From contig OY781945.1 of NCBI GenBank assembly GCA_963677435.1, positions 2,880,001 through 2,944,000 on the forward strand: DNA of 64,000 bases, given 5' to 3'. The stretch is from an uncultured Aliarcobacter sp. GTDB taxonomy: Bacteria > Campylobacterota > Campylobacteria > Campylobacterales > Arcobacteraceae. Under the pieces are notes generated by a model, which saw only the letters and a list, made by a program, of their open reading frames with translations, made no database searches and was not told where the DNA came from. Of the stretch, positions 28,109 through 38,807 are shown piece after piece. Numbering within the stretch: position 1 is the stretch's first letter; each line of letters starts with the position of its first letter. The position numbers and the translations under genes were made by a program.

Positions 28109-28840
28109 ATGTCAACAGTATATTTAACAGGAGCAGGACCAGGAGATGTAGAGCTTCTAACACTAAAAGCAGTAAGAGTAATACAAAATGCAGATGTGCT
28201 GATTTATGATAGATTAGTAAATCCTGAAATTTTAGAAATGGTAAAAGCTTCATGTGATTTAATATATGTTGGTAAAGAAGATAAAAAACATACTCTTCCT
28301 CAAGATGAAATTAACGAACTAATTTATCAAGCTTCATTGAAATATGAAAATATTGTAAGACTAAAAGGTGGTGATCCTTTTGTTTTTGGTCGAGGTGGAG
28401 AAGAAGCTCTTTATTTACAAGAAAGAGATATTAAATTTGAAATTATCCCAGGAATTAGCTCTGCAATTGCAGTTCCAGCATACGCAGGAATTCCCGTAAC
28501 TCATAGGGGAATAACTACTTCTTTTAGAGTAGTAACTGGACATGAAAATCCAAAAAAGAAAATATCTCAAATTGAATGGGAAAGCTTTTTAAATGATGAA
28601 ACAATTGTATTTTTAATGGGTTATCACAATATTGAACTGATTTGTTCAAAACTAATTGGCTTAGGAAAACGAAAAGATTATCCATGTGCTGTAATTTCAA
28701 AAGGAACAACAAGAGAACAACAAGTAATCACAGGAACACTAGAAAACATTATTGAAAAATCAAAAGGTCTACCAACACCTGCCATGATAATTATTGGAGA
28801 AGTTGTTACACTAAGAGATAAGATAAAATGGTTTAAATAA
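28109..28840 (+). CDS. cobA: Uroporphyrinogen-III C-methyltransferase
   Basis: VYLTGAGPGDVELLT, VRLKGGDPFVFGRGGEE, IPGISS, GIPVTHRG. Confidence 0.95.
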   Translation: MSTVYLTGAGPGDVELLTLKAVRVIQNADVLIYDRLVNPEILEMVKASCDLIYVGKEDKKHTLPQDEINELIYQASLKYENIVRLKGGDPFVFGRGGEEALYLQERDIKFEIIPGISSAIAVPAYAGIPVTHRGITTSFRVVTGHENPKKKISQIEWESFLNDETIVFLMGYHNIELICSKLIGLGKRKDYPCAVISKGTTREQQVITGTLENIIEKSKGLPTPAMIIIGEVVTLRDKIKWFK

Positions 28841-28879
28841 AATTTATTCCTTTTCTCCTCTATCTTAAACTATTTTATC

Positions 28880-28908
28880 GTCCTATTGTCTAAATAGGAC
28901 ACTTTTTA
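28880..28908 (+). terminator. Probable terminator after cobA
   Basis: gtcctatt-gtcta-aataggac followed by acttttt. Confidence 0.55.
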
Positions 28909-28930
28909 TCTTAAATAAAACTTAATTAAC

Positions 28931-28972
28931 TTGACATAAGTCAATCTTTTATCTCTTCATTACTGTTACAAT
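28931..28972 (+). promoter_or_regulatory. napA promoter with a Crp/Fnr-type box and extended -10
   Basis: TTGAC-ATAA-GTCAA at 28931-28944; TGTTACAAT at 28964-28972; box centre falls at about -41.5. Confidence 0.7.
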
Positions 28973-29010
28973 TCATAGTCAAAGAATTATATTTCATTAA
29001 AGGAGAAATT

Positions 29011-31821
29011 ATGTCGCTTTCAAGAAGAGACTTCCTAAAAAGCTCAGCAGCAGCAAGTGCAGCAGCAGCAATTGGTATGAGTGTACCAGCTGATTTACAA
29101 GCACAAGCAAAAGTAGCTGAGGGTGGATGGAGATGGGACAAGGCAGCTTGTCGATTCTGTGGAACTGGTTGTGGAATTATGCTAGCAACTAAAGAAGGTA
29201 AAATCGTTGCAGTTAAAGGTGACCCAGCAGCACCTGTAAACAGAGGTCTTAACTGTATAAAAGGTTATTTTAATGCAAAAATAATGTATGGTGCAGATAG
29301 ATTAAAACAACCATTATTAAGAGTAAATTCAAAAGGTGAATTTGATAAACAAGGTGATTTTGCACCTATTTCTTGGAAAAGAGCCTTTGATGAAATGGAA
29401 AAACATATAAGAATTGCCCTTAAAGAAAAAGGTCCTGAGGGTATTGGGATTTTTGCATCTGGACAATATACTATTATGGAAGGATATGCAGCACAAAAAA
29501 TGATGAAAGCGGGATTTAGATCAAATGCAATTGATCCAAATGCAAGACACTGTATGGCTTCAGCAGTTGTTGGTTTTTATCAAACTTTTGGAATTGATGA
29601 ACCAAGTGGCTGTTATGATGATATTGAATTAACAGATACAGTTGTAACTTGGGGTTCAAATATGGCAGAAATGCACCCAATTTTATGGTCAAGGGTAACA
29701 GATAGAAAATTATCAGCTCCGGATAAAGTAAAAGTTATAAATATTTCAACATATAGACATAGAACTTCTGATTTAGCAGATATTGAGATTATTTTTACAC
29801 CAAATACAGATTTAGCTCTTTGGAATTATATTGCAAGAGAAATTGTATATAACAATCCAGAAGCTATTGATTGGGATTTTGTAAAAGAGCATATTGTATT
29901 TGCAGCAAGTCCTGTAAATATGGGATATGGTATGAGAAGATCTGATGAAAAATCAATTGTTGATGGGAAATACACAGCAAAAGAGATGGAAACTATTTCA
30001 AAAGAGATGGAAAAAATTGTTTCAGAAAATGAAGCACCTGCACTTGAGCCTTATGGATATAAAGCTGGCGATAAAATGGTAAATAAAAATGCTGGTCTTG
30101 CACACTGGGAAATCTCATTTGAAGAATACAAAAAATCTTTAGAACCTTATACTTTAGATTATGTTGCCAAAATTTCAAAAGGAAATCCTGATGAAGATAT
30201 TGAAGAATTTAAGAAAAAATTAAAAACTCTAGCTGATTTATATATTGAAAAAAACAGAAAAATTGTATCTTTTTGGACAATGGGTATGAATCAACATACA
30301 AGAGGAACTTGGGTAAATACTTTAGCTTATAATGTTCACTTTTTATTAAATAAACAAGCCAAACCTGGAAGCGGTGCATTTTCACTAACTGGACAACCAA
30401 GTGCTTGTGGAACTGCAAGAGAAGTTGGAACATTTGCACATAGATTACCAGCTGATATGATGGTAGCAAATCCAAAACATAGAGAAATTGCAGAAAAATC
30501 TTGGAAAATTCCAGTTGGAACTTTAAATCCAAAAGGGCATCAAGACATTATGACAATTCATAGGGATATTGAAGATGGAAAAATCAAATTTGCTTGGGTA
30601 AATGTTTGTAATCCATATCAAGATAGTGCAAGTGCAACTCATTGGATTAAAGCTGCAAGAGAAATGGATAACTTTATTGTTACAAGTGATGGATATCCAG
30701 GAATTTCTGCAAAAGTATCGGATTTAATTTTACCATCTGCTATGATTTATGAAAAATGGGGAGCTTATGGAAATGCTGAAAGAAGAACTCAACATTGGAG
30801 ACAACAAGTACTTCCAGTAGGTGATGCTATGAGTGATACATGGCAATGGGTTGAACTTTCAAAAAGATTTACTGTAAAAGATTTATGGGGTGAACAATCA
30901 CTTGCAAGTACAAAAGGTGAAACAAAACTTGCAAATGTTATTGATGCAGCTATTGCTATGGGTTATACAGAAAATACAACAATGTATGAAATTTTATTTG
31001 CAAATGAAAAAGCTAAATCTTACAAATTAGATCAAAAAGACCCTATTCAAGCTGGATATGATAATTCAGAAGCTTTTGGAGATTCAAGAAATGTAGTTGG
31101 ATCTGATGGAAAAGTATTTAAAGGATATGGCTTCTTTATTCAAAAATATTTATTTGAAGAGTATGCTGGTTTTGGAAGAGGACATGGACATGATTTAGCT
31201 GATTTTGATACTTATCATAAAGTAAGAGGATTAAAATGGCCAGTTGTTGATGGAAAAGAGACTCAATGGAGATTTAATACAAAATATGACCCTTATGCTA
31301 AAAAAGCTAGTCCAGATAGTGATTTTGCATTTTATGGATCAATTGCAAAAGAACTTGCACAAGGTGATTTATTAGGAGTTAAAGACCAAACTAAAAAATC
31401 TCTAAAAAACAAAGCGAAAATTTTCGCACGACCTTATATGGATCCACCTGAAATTCCAACTGCTGAATATCCAGTTTGGTTATGTACAGGAAGAGTATTA
31501 GAACATTGGCATAGTGGAACTATGACTATGAGAGTTCCAGAACTATACCGTGCAGTTCCTGAAGCACTTTGTTATATGCATCCAGAAGACGCTAAAACTT
31601 ATGGTGTAAAACAAGGTGAATTAGCTTGGGTTGAATCACGAAGAGGAAAAGTAAAAGCTAGAGTTGAAACAAGAGGAAGAAATAGACCAAGCAAAGGTTT
31701 AGTATTTGTGCCTTGGTTTGATGAAAAAGTATTTATAAATAAAGTTTGTTTAGACGCAACTTGTCCACAATCAAAACAAACAGACTTTAAAAAATGTGCG
31801 GTTAAAATTTACCAAGCTTAA
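29011..31821 (+). CDS. napA: Periplasmic nitrate reductase catalytic subunit
   Basis: Tat signal [45 protein letters not shown]. Confidence 0.98.
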   Translation: MSLSRRDFLKSSAAASAAAAIGMSVPADLQAQAKVAEGGWRWDKAACRFCGTGCGIMLATKEGKIVAVKGDPAAPVNRGLNCIKGYFNAKIMYGADRLKQPLLRVNSKGEFDKQGDFAPISWKRAFDEMEKHIRIALKEKGPEGIGIFASGQYTIMEGYAAQKMMKAGFRSNAIDPNARHCMASAVVGFYQTFGIDEPSGCYDDIELTDTVVTWGSNMAEMHPILWSRVTDRKLSAPDKVKVINISTYRHRTSDLADIEIIFTPNTDLALWNYIAREIVYNNPEAIDWDFVKEHIVFAASPVNMGYGMRRSDEKSIVDGKYTAKEMETISKEMEKIVSENEAPALEPYGYKAGDKMVNKNAGLAHWEISFEEYKKSLEPYTLDYVAKISKGNPDEDIEEFKKKLKTLADLYIEKNRKIVSFWTMGMNQHTRGTWVNTLAYNVHFLLNKQAKPGSGAFSLTGQPSACGTAREVGTFAHRLPADMMVANPKHREIAEKSWKIPVGTLNPKGHQDIMTIHRDIEDGKIKFAWVNVCNPYQDSASATHWIKAAREMDNFIVTSDGYPGISAKVSDLILPSAMIYEKWGAYGNAERRTQHWRQQVLPVGDAMSDTWQWVELSKRFTVKDLWGEQSLASTKGETKLANVIDAAIAMGYTENTTMYEILFANEKAKSYKLDQKDPIQAGYDNSEAFGDSRNVVGSDGKVFKGYGFFIQKYLFEEYAGFGRGHGHDLADFDTYHKVRGLKWPVVDGKETQWRFNTKYDPYAKKASPDSDFAFYGSIAKELAQGDLLGVKDQTKKSLKNKAKIFARPYMDPPEIPTAEYPVWLCTGRVLEHWHSGTMTMRVPELYRAVPEALCYMHPEDAKTYGVKQGELAWVESRRGKVKARVETRGRNRPSKGLVFVPWFDEKVFINKVCLDATCPQSKQTDFKKCAVKIYQA

Positions 31822-31836
31822 TAAAAAGAAATAAAA

Positions 31837-32649
31837 ATGAACACAGAGCAAAACCAACCATTAAACCAAAGAAGAAAATTCTTTTTAACAATAGCAAGAG
31901 CTACAGGTTTAGCGATACTTGGTGGTTTAACATGGAGTGCCTATGTTGATGAAGTAAAAGCTACTTCATTAATATTAAGACCTCCTGCTGCTTTAGATGA
32001 AAATGATTTTTTAGCAAATTGTATCAAATGTGGAATGTGTGTAGAAGCCTGTCCCTTTGATACTTTAAAATTAGCAAAACCAGGTGATAACAAACCTCTT
32101 GGAACTCCATTTTTTATTCCAAGAGAAACACCTTGTTATATGTGTATTGATATACCTTGTGTACCTGTTTGTCCAACAAATGCACTTGATATTAAATCTG
32201 TACAAAATGAAAAAAAAGAGTTAGATATAAACAAAGCCCAAATGGGTGTTGCAGTTATTGATGATAGTTCATGTATTGCTTTTTGGGGAATTCAATGTGA
32301 TGCTTGTTATAGAGCTTGTCCACTTTTAGGAAAAGCTATAACAATTGAATATTCAAAAAATGAAAGAACAGGAAAACACGCATTTTTAAAACCTATTGTA
32401 CACACTGATATTTGTACAGGTTGTGGATTATGTGAAAAAGCCTGTGTAACTCAAAAAGCAGCAATTTTTATTCTTCCAAGAAAAGTTGCCCTTGGACGAG
32501 CGGGAGATTATTACATCAAAGGCTGGGATAAAAATGATGAAAAAAGATTAGAAAATGCAACAAGCCAAACAACAAAAACCAAAATTAGTAAAGATAGTGC
32601 AATTAATTCTTTAAACAATAGCCAAGATATGGAGGATTTATTAAAATGA
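31837..32649 (+). CDS. napG: Ferredoxin-type protein NapG
   Basis: RRKFF Tat-like motif, LRPP, CIKCGMCVEACP and three more Fe-S motifs. Confidence 0.95.
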   Translation: MNTEQNQPLNQRRKFFLTIARATGLAILGGLTWSAYVDEVKATSLILRPPAALDENDFLANCIKCGMCVEACPFDTLKLAKPGDNKPLGTPFFIPRETPCYMCIDIPCVPVCPTNALDIKSVQNEKKELDINKAQMGVAVIDDSSCIAFWGIQCDACYRACPLLGKAITIEYSKNERTGKHAFLKPIVHTDICTGCGLCEKACVTQKAAIFILPRKVALGRAGDYYIKGWDKNDEKRLENATSQTTKTKISKDSAINSLNNSQDMEDLLK

Positions 32650-33452
32650 TAAAAAAATATAGATTCTTAATTGCTAGAAGAATTACACAAATTACTATTA
32701 TGGTTTTATATGTTATTGCAAATGTATATGGAATAGATATTTTAATGGGAAACCTAAGCTCTTCTTTACTTTTAAAAGTTGTGCCTTTAAGTGATCCATA
32801 TGCTGTTATTCAAATGCTTTTTGCAGGTGCGATTATATCTTTTGATATTCTTTTGGGAGCTTTTATAATCTCAATATTTTATGCAATTATTGGTGGTCGA
32901 GCTTTTTGTTCTTGGGTTTGTCCTGTAAATATGATTACAGATGCAGCAAACTTTTTGAGAAGAAAATTTGGATTTAATCAAATTCAAAAAAAACAACCAG
33001 CATCAAGAAATATAAGATATTGGGTAATTGCTGTTAGTTTTATTATCTCTTTTTTTATGGGTATTGCAGCCTTTGAAATGATTTCTCCAATTTCAATGAT
33101 TCATAGAGGAATTATTTTTGGATTAGGATTTGGATGGGCAACTATACTTGTAATTTTTCTTTTTGATTTGTTTGTTTTAAAAAATGGTTGGTGTGGTCAT
33201 ATATGTCCACTTGGTGGATTTTATTCACTAATTGGAAGATTTAGTTTAATAAGAGTTCATCATGATTCAGATAAATGCACAGCTTGTATGAAATGCAAAG
33301 AAGTTTGTCCAGAAAATCAAGTTTTACACATGGTTACAAAAACTTCAATTCCTGTATTGTCAGGGGAATGTACAAACTGTGGAAGATGCGTAGAAGTGTG
33401 CGATGATGATGCACTTAATTTTTCAATAAAAAAATTTAATAAGGGAGAATAA
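32646..33452 (+). CDS. napH: Quinol dehydrogenase membrane subunit NapH
   Basis: GRAFCSWVCP, GWCGHICPLG, CTACMKCKEVCP, CTNCGRCVEVC. Confidence 0.95.
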   Translation: MIKKYRFLIARRITQITIMVLYVIANVYGIDILMGNLSSSLLLKVVPLSDPYAVIQMLFAGAIISFDILLGAFIISIFYAIIGGRAFCSWVCPVNMITDAANFLRRKFGFNQIQKKQPASRNIRYWVIAVSFIISFFMGIAAFEMISPISMIHRGIIFGLGFGWATILVIFLFDLFVLKNGWCGHICPLGGFYSLIGRFSLIRVHHDSDKCTACMKCKEVCPENQVLHMVTKTSIPVLSGECTNCGRCVEVCDDDALNFSIKKFNKGE

Positions 33453-33453
33453 C

Positions 33454-34056
33454 ATGAAGTTAGGTAAATTAACTTTAGGTATCATAACAGCTGCAACACT
33501 ATTAGTTATTAATTGTTCAGCAAGTAAAACTGTAAGTGAAGAATCTTTAGGATTAAGAACTACTAATATTTATTCAGAAGATACAACAACATCAGATAAA
33601 ACTCAATATGGTACAAAACCAGCAGGAGAAAGTACTAAAATTGCTAGAGCATTTGAAAATGCACCGCCTATGATTCCCCATGATATTGAGGGAATGTTGC
33701 CAATAACTATTGATAATAACCAATGTACTATGTGTCATGATCCAGCAGTTGCTGTTTCAATGGGAGCAACTCCAATTCCAAAAACACACTTTACTAATTT
33801 TAGACCAAAAACTGAACTAACAAAAGATGGTGTAATGTTAAAAAATGGAAAACATCTTGATAATACTATTGATATTAAAACAGTTGAAAAACCACTTGAT
33901 TCTTTAGCAGGAGCTAGATTTAACTGTTCACAATGTCATGTTCCTCAATCAGAGGGAAATAATGTACCAAAAAATAATTTTACTTCTGAATTTAGAAGTG
34001 AGGGATTAAATGGTAAATCAAACTTAATTGATACAATTAATGAGGGTGTAAAATAG
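33454..34056 (+). CDS. napB: Diheme cytochrome c NapB
   Basis: RAFENAPPMIPH, CTMCH, RFNCSQCHVPQ. Confidence 0.95.
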   Translation: MKLGKLTLGIITAATLLVINCSASKTVSEESLGLRTTNIYSEDTTTSDKTQYGTKPAGESTKIARAFENAPPMIPHDIEGMLPITIDNNQCTMCHDPAVAVSMGATPIPKTHFTNFRPKTELTKDGVMLKNGKHLDNTIDIKTVEKPLDSLAGARFNCSQCHVPQSEGNNVPKNNFTSEFRSEGLNGKSNLIDTINEGVK

Positions 34057-34059
34057 CTT

Positions 34060-34539
34060 ATGAAAAGAAGAGAACTTTTTAGTTCTCTTGCTTCATCTTT
34101 TAAACAAAAAGAGAAACAAGAGAAAATTTTAAGACCACCTTATTTTAATGATGAAGCTATTTTCTTGACAAACTGTACAAGTTGTGAGGGATTATGTAGT
34201 ACAGCTTGTGAAGAAAATATTATATTTATTCAAGAAGATTCTACTCCTAAACTTGATTTTACTTTTGGTGGTTGTACCTATTGTGATGAGTGTGCAAATG
34301 TTTGTCCAAATGATGTATTAAAAGTTGATTATAAAAAAACTATAAATGCAAAAATAGAAATTGATGTATTATCATGTTTAGCATGGAATCAAACAATGTG
34401 TTTTTCATGTAAAGACCCCTGTTTAGATGATGCAATAGATTTTTTAGCAATGTTTAGACCAAGTATAAATGATAAGTGCACTTCTTGTGGATTTTGTTTA
34501 AAAGTTTGCCCAACAAATGCCATAAAAATTGTTTCATAA
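34060..34539 (+). CDS. napF: Ferredoxin-type protein NapF
   Basis: RRELF, LRPPY, multiple CxxCxxCxxxCP motifs. Confidence 0.9.
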   Translation: MKRRELFSSLASSFKQKEKQEKILRPPYFNDEAIFLTNCTSCEGLCSTACEENIIFIQEDSTPKLDFTFGGCTYCDECANVCPNDVLKVDYKKTINAKIEIDVLSCLAWNQTMCFSCKDPCLDDAIDFLAMFRPSINDKCTSCGFCLKVCPTNAIKIVS

Positions 34540-34554
34540 AAAATTGGAGGAAAA

Positions 34555-35508
34555 ATGAACCTATTAAAAAGCTTTTTATTCATATTTTTATTTTTGAATT
34601 TAAATGCAAAAGATTTAACTCCAACATTTTCACTACTTGCAAGTGGTGGCGTGACTGATTTAGTTTTAAATCAAAACAAACTTTTTGTTGCAACAACAGC
34701 ATCAAGTGTTGATATTTTTGATATAAAAACCAAAGAAAAAATAGATTCAATAAAAATGCCTAAAATAAAAGACTTTTTAAATGAAACTATTGATTCAAGA
34801 ATATATAGCGTTGATGTATTAAACGATAATATTTTAATTCTTTCTCAAGGCGAAAATGGTGGAAGAAATATTGATATTTATAAAGATGGGAAAATTAAAA
34901 GTATTACAAAAGATTCTGAAAGATTATTTATAGCATATGCAAAGTTTTTAGATGAAAATCATATTATTTATGCCCTACTTTCTAATCAAATTTATCTTTA
35001 TGATATTAAAAATAAAAAGATTTTAAAAGAGATTCAAGTTTCTCAATCAAAATTCTCAAATTTCAAATTAACAAAAGACAAAAGTAAAATCGCAATTTGT
35101 GATGAAAGTGGAGTTATAACTTTACTAGATTCAAAAAGTTTTGAAATTCTTGAAACTTTTAAATATCAAAATCTTGACAATGTATTTCAAGTTGATATTA
35201 AAAATGATTTTATTCTAACAGCAGGACAAGACAGACGAGCAGCTTTTTACAATATAAATACAAAAGCTGCTTATTATAAAGAGTTTTCTTTTTTGATTTA
35301 TAGTGTTGGACTAAGTCCAAGTGCCAGCCTTGCAGGAGTTTCAAGTGATGAAGAGAATAATGTAACTATTTTTGATACAAAAACAAAAGAAGATTTATAT
35401 AAATTAACTCAAAACAAATCTACTTTATCAAATATTTTATTTATAAATGAAGATGAAGTTATTGTATCAAGTGATGACAAAAAAATAAACTATTATAAAA
35501 TTAATTAA
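34555..35508 (+). CDS. napL: NapL (WD40-like periplasmic accessory protein)
   Basis: Signal peptide, beta-propeller pattern, position between napF and napD. Confidence 0.8.
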   Translation: MNLLKSFLFIFLFLNLNAKDLTPTFSLLASGGVTDLVLNQNKLFVATTASSVDIFDIKTKEKIDSIKMPKIKDFLNETIDSRIYSVDVLNDNILILSQGENGGRNIDIYKDGKIKSITKDSERLFIAYAKFLDENHIIYALLSNQIYLYDIKNKKILKEIQVSQSKFSNFKLTKDKSKIAICDESGVITLLDSKSFEILETFKYQNLDNVFQVDIKNDFILTAGQDRRAAFYNINTKAAYYKEFSFLIYSVGLSPSASLAGVSSDEENNVTIFDTKTKEDLYKLTQNKSTLSNILFINEDEVIVSSDDKKINYYKIN

Positions 35509-35520
35509 AAGGATTATAAA

Positions 35521-35907
35521 ATGAATATCTCAAGTATCGTTGTAAAAACATTGCCAGAACATATAAATGAGGTTGTTAAATCTTTAAAAAATTGTGAAGT
35601 ATGTGATTATCATATGCACGATGAATTAGGAAGAGTTATTATCACAATTGAGGGTAATGGTGTTCAAGAAGAGTTAACAAAACTAAGAGTAATTGAAGCT
35701 CTTCCATATGTAATGAGTGCAGATATGCAAATGGCTTATAGTGAAGATGAATTAAATTCTCATATTGATGTGTTGTCAAATGCTGATGTAGTTCCAAAAA
35801 TTTTAAATGATAAAAATGTTCAATCTCATGAGATAGTTTATAATGGCGATTTAAAGAAAAAAGAGTTAGAGGGTTTTAGTAGAACATTTGATAAAACAGG
35901 AAAATAA
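35521..35907 (+). CDS. napD: Chaperone NapD
   Basis: MNISSIVV, GRVIITIEG; position in the operon. Confidence 0.9.
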   Translation: MNISSIVVKTLPEHINEVVKSLKNCEVCDYHMHDELGRVIITIEGNGVQEELTKLRVIEALPYVMSADMQMAYSEDELNSHIDVLSNADVVPKILNDKNVQSHEIVYNGDLKKKELEGFSRTFDKTGK

Positions 35908-35908
35908 A

Positions 35909-36352
35909 ATGGAATTTTTAAGTGGAAATTTTTTATGTGAAACTATTGTTCCCAAAGATGAACTAATAGTTTCAAGAACTGATTTAAAGGGAAATATTAC
36001 TTATTCAAATGATACATTTGCTTTTATTTCTGGTTATAGTATAGATGAATTGATTGGAAAACCTCATAATATCCTAAGACATCCTGATATGCCAAAATCT
36101 ATTTTCAAAGAACTTTGGGAAGATTTAAAAACAAAAGGTTCATGGAGTGGAGTAATTAAAAATAAAAGAAAAGATGATGGTTTTTATTGGGTTTATGCTG
36201 AAATTTCAGGAGTATATAAAAATGAAACTTTAGTAGAATACAAATCAATCAGAACTCCAATTTCATTTAATGAAAAAAAGCAGCACCAATTAAAATATGA
36301 CGAAATGAAAAAAAATGCCAAAGAAAGCCTTAGAAAAGTCATTTATGAATAA
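35909..36352 (+). CDS. Stand-alone PAS domain protein (Aer/CetB-like)
   Basis: LIVSRTDLKGNITY.N..F..ISGY...ELIGKPHNILRHPDMP, KNKRKDDGFYWV, YKSIR. Confidence 0.85.
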   Translation: MEFLSGNFLCETIVPKDELIVSRTDLKGNITYSNDTFAFISGYSIDELIGKPHNILRHPDMPKSIFKELWEDLKTKGSWSGVIKNKRKDDGFYWVYAEISGVYKNETLVEYKSIRTPISFNEKKQHQLKYDEMKKNAKESLRKVIYE

Positions 36353-36526
36353 GTAATAATTAAATTTTATTAAATTAGTTACTTATTAAATACATTTAAT
36401 TACATATAAATTACATAATTTTAAATTTCTCTTTAAATTGATTAAAAAATAACCTGTTTTGCTATTCTAATCCTATTTTTAATCTGTATACTGACTATCA
36501 GATTTTAATTCAACAAAGGATAGAAA

Positions 36527-37543
36527 ATGAAAATACTAAAAACAATCTCATTAGGTGTGGCAACACTTGCACTTGCATCAACAATGGCATCAGCAGATAC
36601 ATTGGAAAATACTATTAAAAACGGTAAATTAAATTGTGGTTTAAATACAGGTCTTCCAGGTTTTGCAGCTCCTGATTCTTCTGGAGTTTGGACAGGTTTA
36701 GATGTGGATGTTTGTAGAGCAGTTGCAGCAGCAGTTCTTGGAGATGCTACTAAAGTTAATTATGCACACTTAAATGCAAAAGAAAGATTTACAGCACTTC
36801 AAAGTGGTGAAATTGATGTACTATCTAGAAATACTACTTGGACAGCATCAAGAGATGTATCATTAGGTTTAAACTTTACAGGTGTAAACTATTATGATGG
36901 TCAAGGTTTTTTAGTATCTAAAAAATTAGGTGTTAAATCTGCAAAAGAATTAAGTGGAGCAACTTTTTGTATTCAAGCAGGAACTACAACTGAACTTAAC
37001 TTAACAGATTATTTTAAAGCTAATAAAATGGAATATACTCCTATTACTTATGATACATCAGCACAAACAATTCAAGGTTTTGAAGAAGGTAGATGTGATG
37101 CTTTAACATCTGATGCTTCTCAATTATATGGATTAAAAACTCAATTAAAAGATCCAAATTCAGCAATCGTACTTCCTGAAATTATTTCAAAAGAGCCATT
37201 AGGCCCTGCAGTTAGACAAGGTGATGATAAATGGTTTAAAATTGTTAGATGGACTGAAATTGCAATGTTAAATGCAGAAGAATTAGGTATTACTTCTAAA
37301 AATGTTGATGAAATGTTAAAAAGTCCAAATCCAGATATCCAAAGATTACTAGGAGTTACTGGTGATATTGGTCAAAATTTAGGATTGGATCCAAAATGGG
37401 CATATAATATTATTAAACAAGTTGGAAATTACGGAGAATCATTTGACAGAAATGTTGGTAAAGGTTCACCACTTGGTATTGAAAGAGGATTAAATGCCTT
37501 ATGGAAAGATGGTGGTCTTCAATATGGTGCACCAATTAGATAA
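36527..37543 (+). CDS. aapJ: General L-amino acid ABC substrate-binding protein
   Basis: GLDVDVCRAVAAA, RFTALQSGEIDVLSRNTTWT, ISKEPLGPAVR, VGNYGE, GLNALW. Confidence 0.92.
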   Translation: MKILKTISLGVATLALASTMASADTLENTIKNGKLNCGLNTGLPGFAAPDSSGVWTGLDVDVCRAVAAAVLGDATKVNYAHLNAKERFTALQSGEIDVLSRNTTWTASRDVSLGLNFTGVNYYDGQGFLVSKKLGVKSAKELSGATFCIQAGTTTELNLTDYFKANKMEYTPITYDTSAQTIQGFEEGRCDALTSDASQLYGLKTQLKDPNSAIVLPEIISKEPLGPAVRQGDDKWFKIVRWTEIAMLNAEELGITSKNVDEMLKSPNPDIQRLLGVTGDIGQNLGLDPKWAYNIIKQVGNYGESFDRNVGKGSPLGIERGLNALWKDGGLQYGAPIR

Positions 37544-37577
37544 TACGCATAATTAATTGTAATAAATTATTTAATAT

Positions 37578-37604
37578 AAAGGGGAAATATCATTTCCCCT
37601 TTTT
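37578..37604 (+). terminator. Stem-loop after aapJ (partial terminator or mRNA stabiliser)
   Basis: aaaggggaaat-atc-atttcccctttt. Confidence 0.7.
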
Positions 37605-37622
37605 CATACATAAGGTGAAAAA

Positions 37623-38807
37623 ATGAAAGAACACAAAAAAATAGCAAAAGGTAATGTCGCCTTTTATAATAATCCAGAGATAAGAGCCATCATTTATCAA
37701 GTAATAGCTCTTGCAGGTATATTCTTATTTACATACTATGTTCTACATAATATGTTTATAAATATTGAAAAACGTGGGATTAATACAGGATTTGACTTTT
37801 TAGGTAGTGAAGCTGGATTTGGTATCATATCAACACTAATTCCATATACTGAATCAGATACTTATGGTAGAGTATTTGTAATAGGTATATTAAATACTCT
37901 TTTAGTTTCAGGAATTGGTATATTCTTTTCAACAATTATTGGTTTACTTGTTGGAGTGGGAAGATTATCAAAAAATTTTATGATTTCTAAACTTTCTTTA
38001 ATTTATGTAGAAACTTTTAGAAATATTCCAATATTACTTCAAATCTTATTTTGGTACAATGTTGTATTAGCTGCACTTCCAGGCCCTAGACAATCTTTGT
38101 CTTATTTAGACGCTTTTTTCCTAAATAATAGGGGATTATATATTCCAAAACCTATCTTAGAAAGTGGATTTATTTCTGTATTTATTGCATTTATTATTGC
38201 AATTGCAGGAGTTGTTTATCTTATGAAATGGGCAAAAAAGAAACATGATGAAACAGGTGAAGAGTTTCCAGTGTTTTGGACTTCTTTAGTAATTTTAATT
38301 GCAGGACCAGTTTTAGTTTATTTCATTAGTGGATCACCTGCTTCATTAGAATATGCAGAACTTAAAGGTTTTAACTTTGTTGGTGGATGGACATTAACTC
38401 CTGAACTTTTAGCTTTATCTTTTGCACTTAGTATTTATCCTGCAACTTATATCGCAGAAGCAGTAAGAGCAGGAATAGAAGCTGTTCCAAAAGGACAAAA
38501 AGAAGCTGCAAATGCCTTAGGACTTAAAGATTATATTATCTTAAAAAAAGTTGTTCTTCCTCAAGCATTAAGAGTTATTATTCCACCTGTTATTAATCAA
38601 TACTTAAACTTGATGAAAAACTCATCACTAGCAACTGCTATTGGTTATCCAGAACTTGTAACACTATTTGCAGGAACTGCACTAAATCAAGTTGGTCAAG
38701 CAATTGAAATAATTTTAATGACAATGGCAGTATATTTAACTATTAGTATTGTCATCTCTTTAGTAATGAATATTATTAATGCAAAAATGCAAATAAGGGA
38801 GAGATAA
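37623..38807 (+). CDS. aapQ: General amino acid ABC permease
   Basis: GFDFL, NTLLVS, YVETFRNIP, AEAVRAGI, KNSSLA. Confidence 0.9.
   Translation: MKEHKKIAKGNVAFYNNPEIRAIIYQVIALAGIFLFTYYVLHNMFINIEKRGINTGFDFLGSEAGFGIISTLIPYTESDTYGRVFVIGILNTLLVSGIGIFFSTIIGLLVGVGRLSKNFMISKLSLIYVETFRNIPILLQILFWYNVVLAALPGPRQSLSYLDAFFLNNRGLYIPKPILESGFISVFIAFIIAIAGVVYLMKWAKKKHDETGEEFPVFWTSLVILIAGPVLVYFISGSPASLEYAELKGFNFVGGWTLTPELLALSFALSIYPATYIAEAVRAGIEAVPKGQKEAANALGLKDYIILKKVVLPQALRVIIPPVINQYLNLMKNSSLATAIGYPELVTLFAGTALNQVGQAIEIILMTMAVYLTISIVISLVMNIINAKMQIRER

Noticed and set aside
13373..34056. Direct electron transfer from the PQQ-ADH to Nap
   Set aside because: NapGH draws on quinol while PedF-type cytochromes normally feed terminal oxidases; the loci are separated by housekeeping genes and share no promoter motif.
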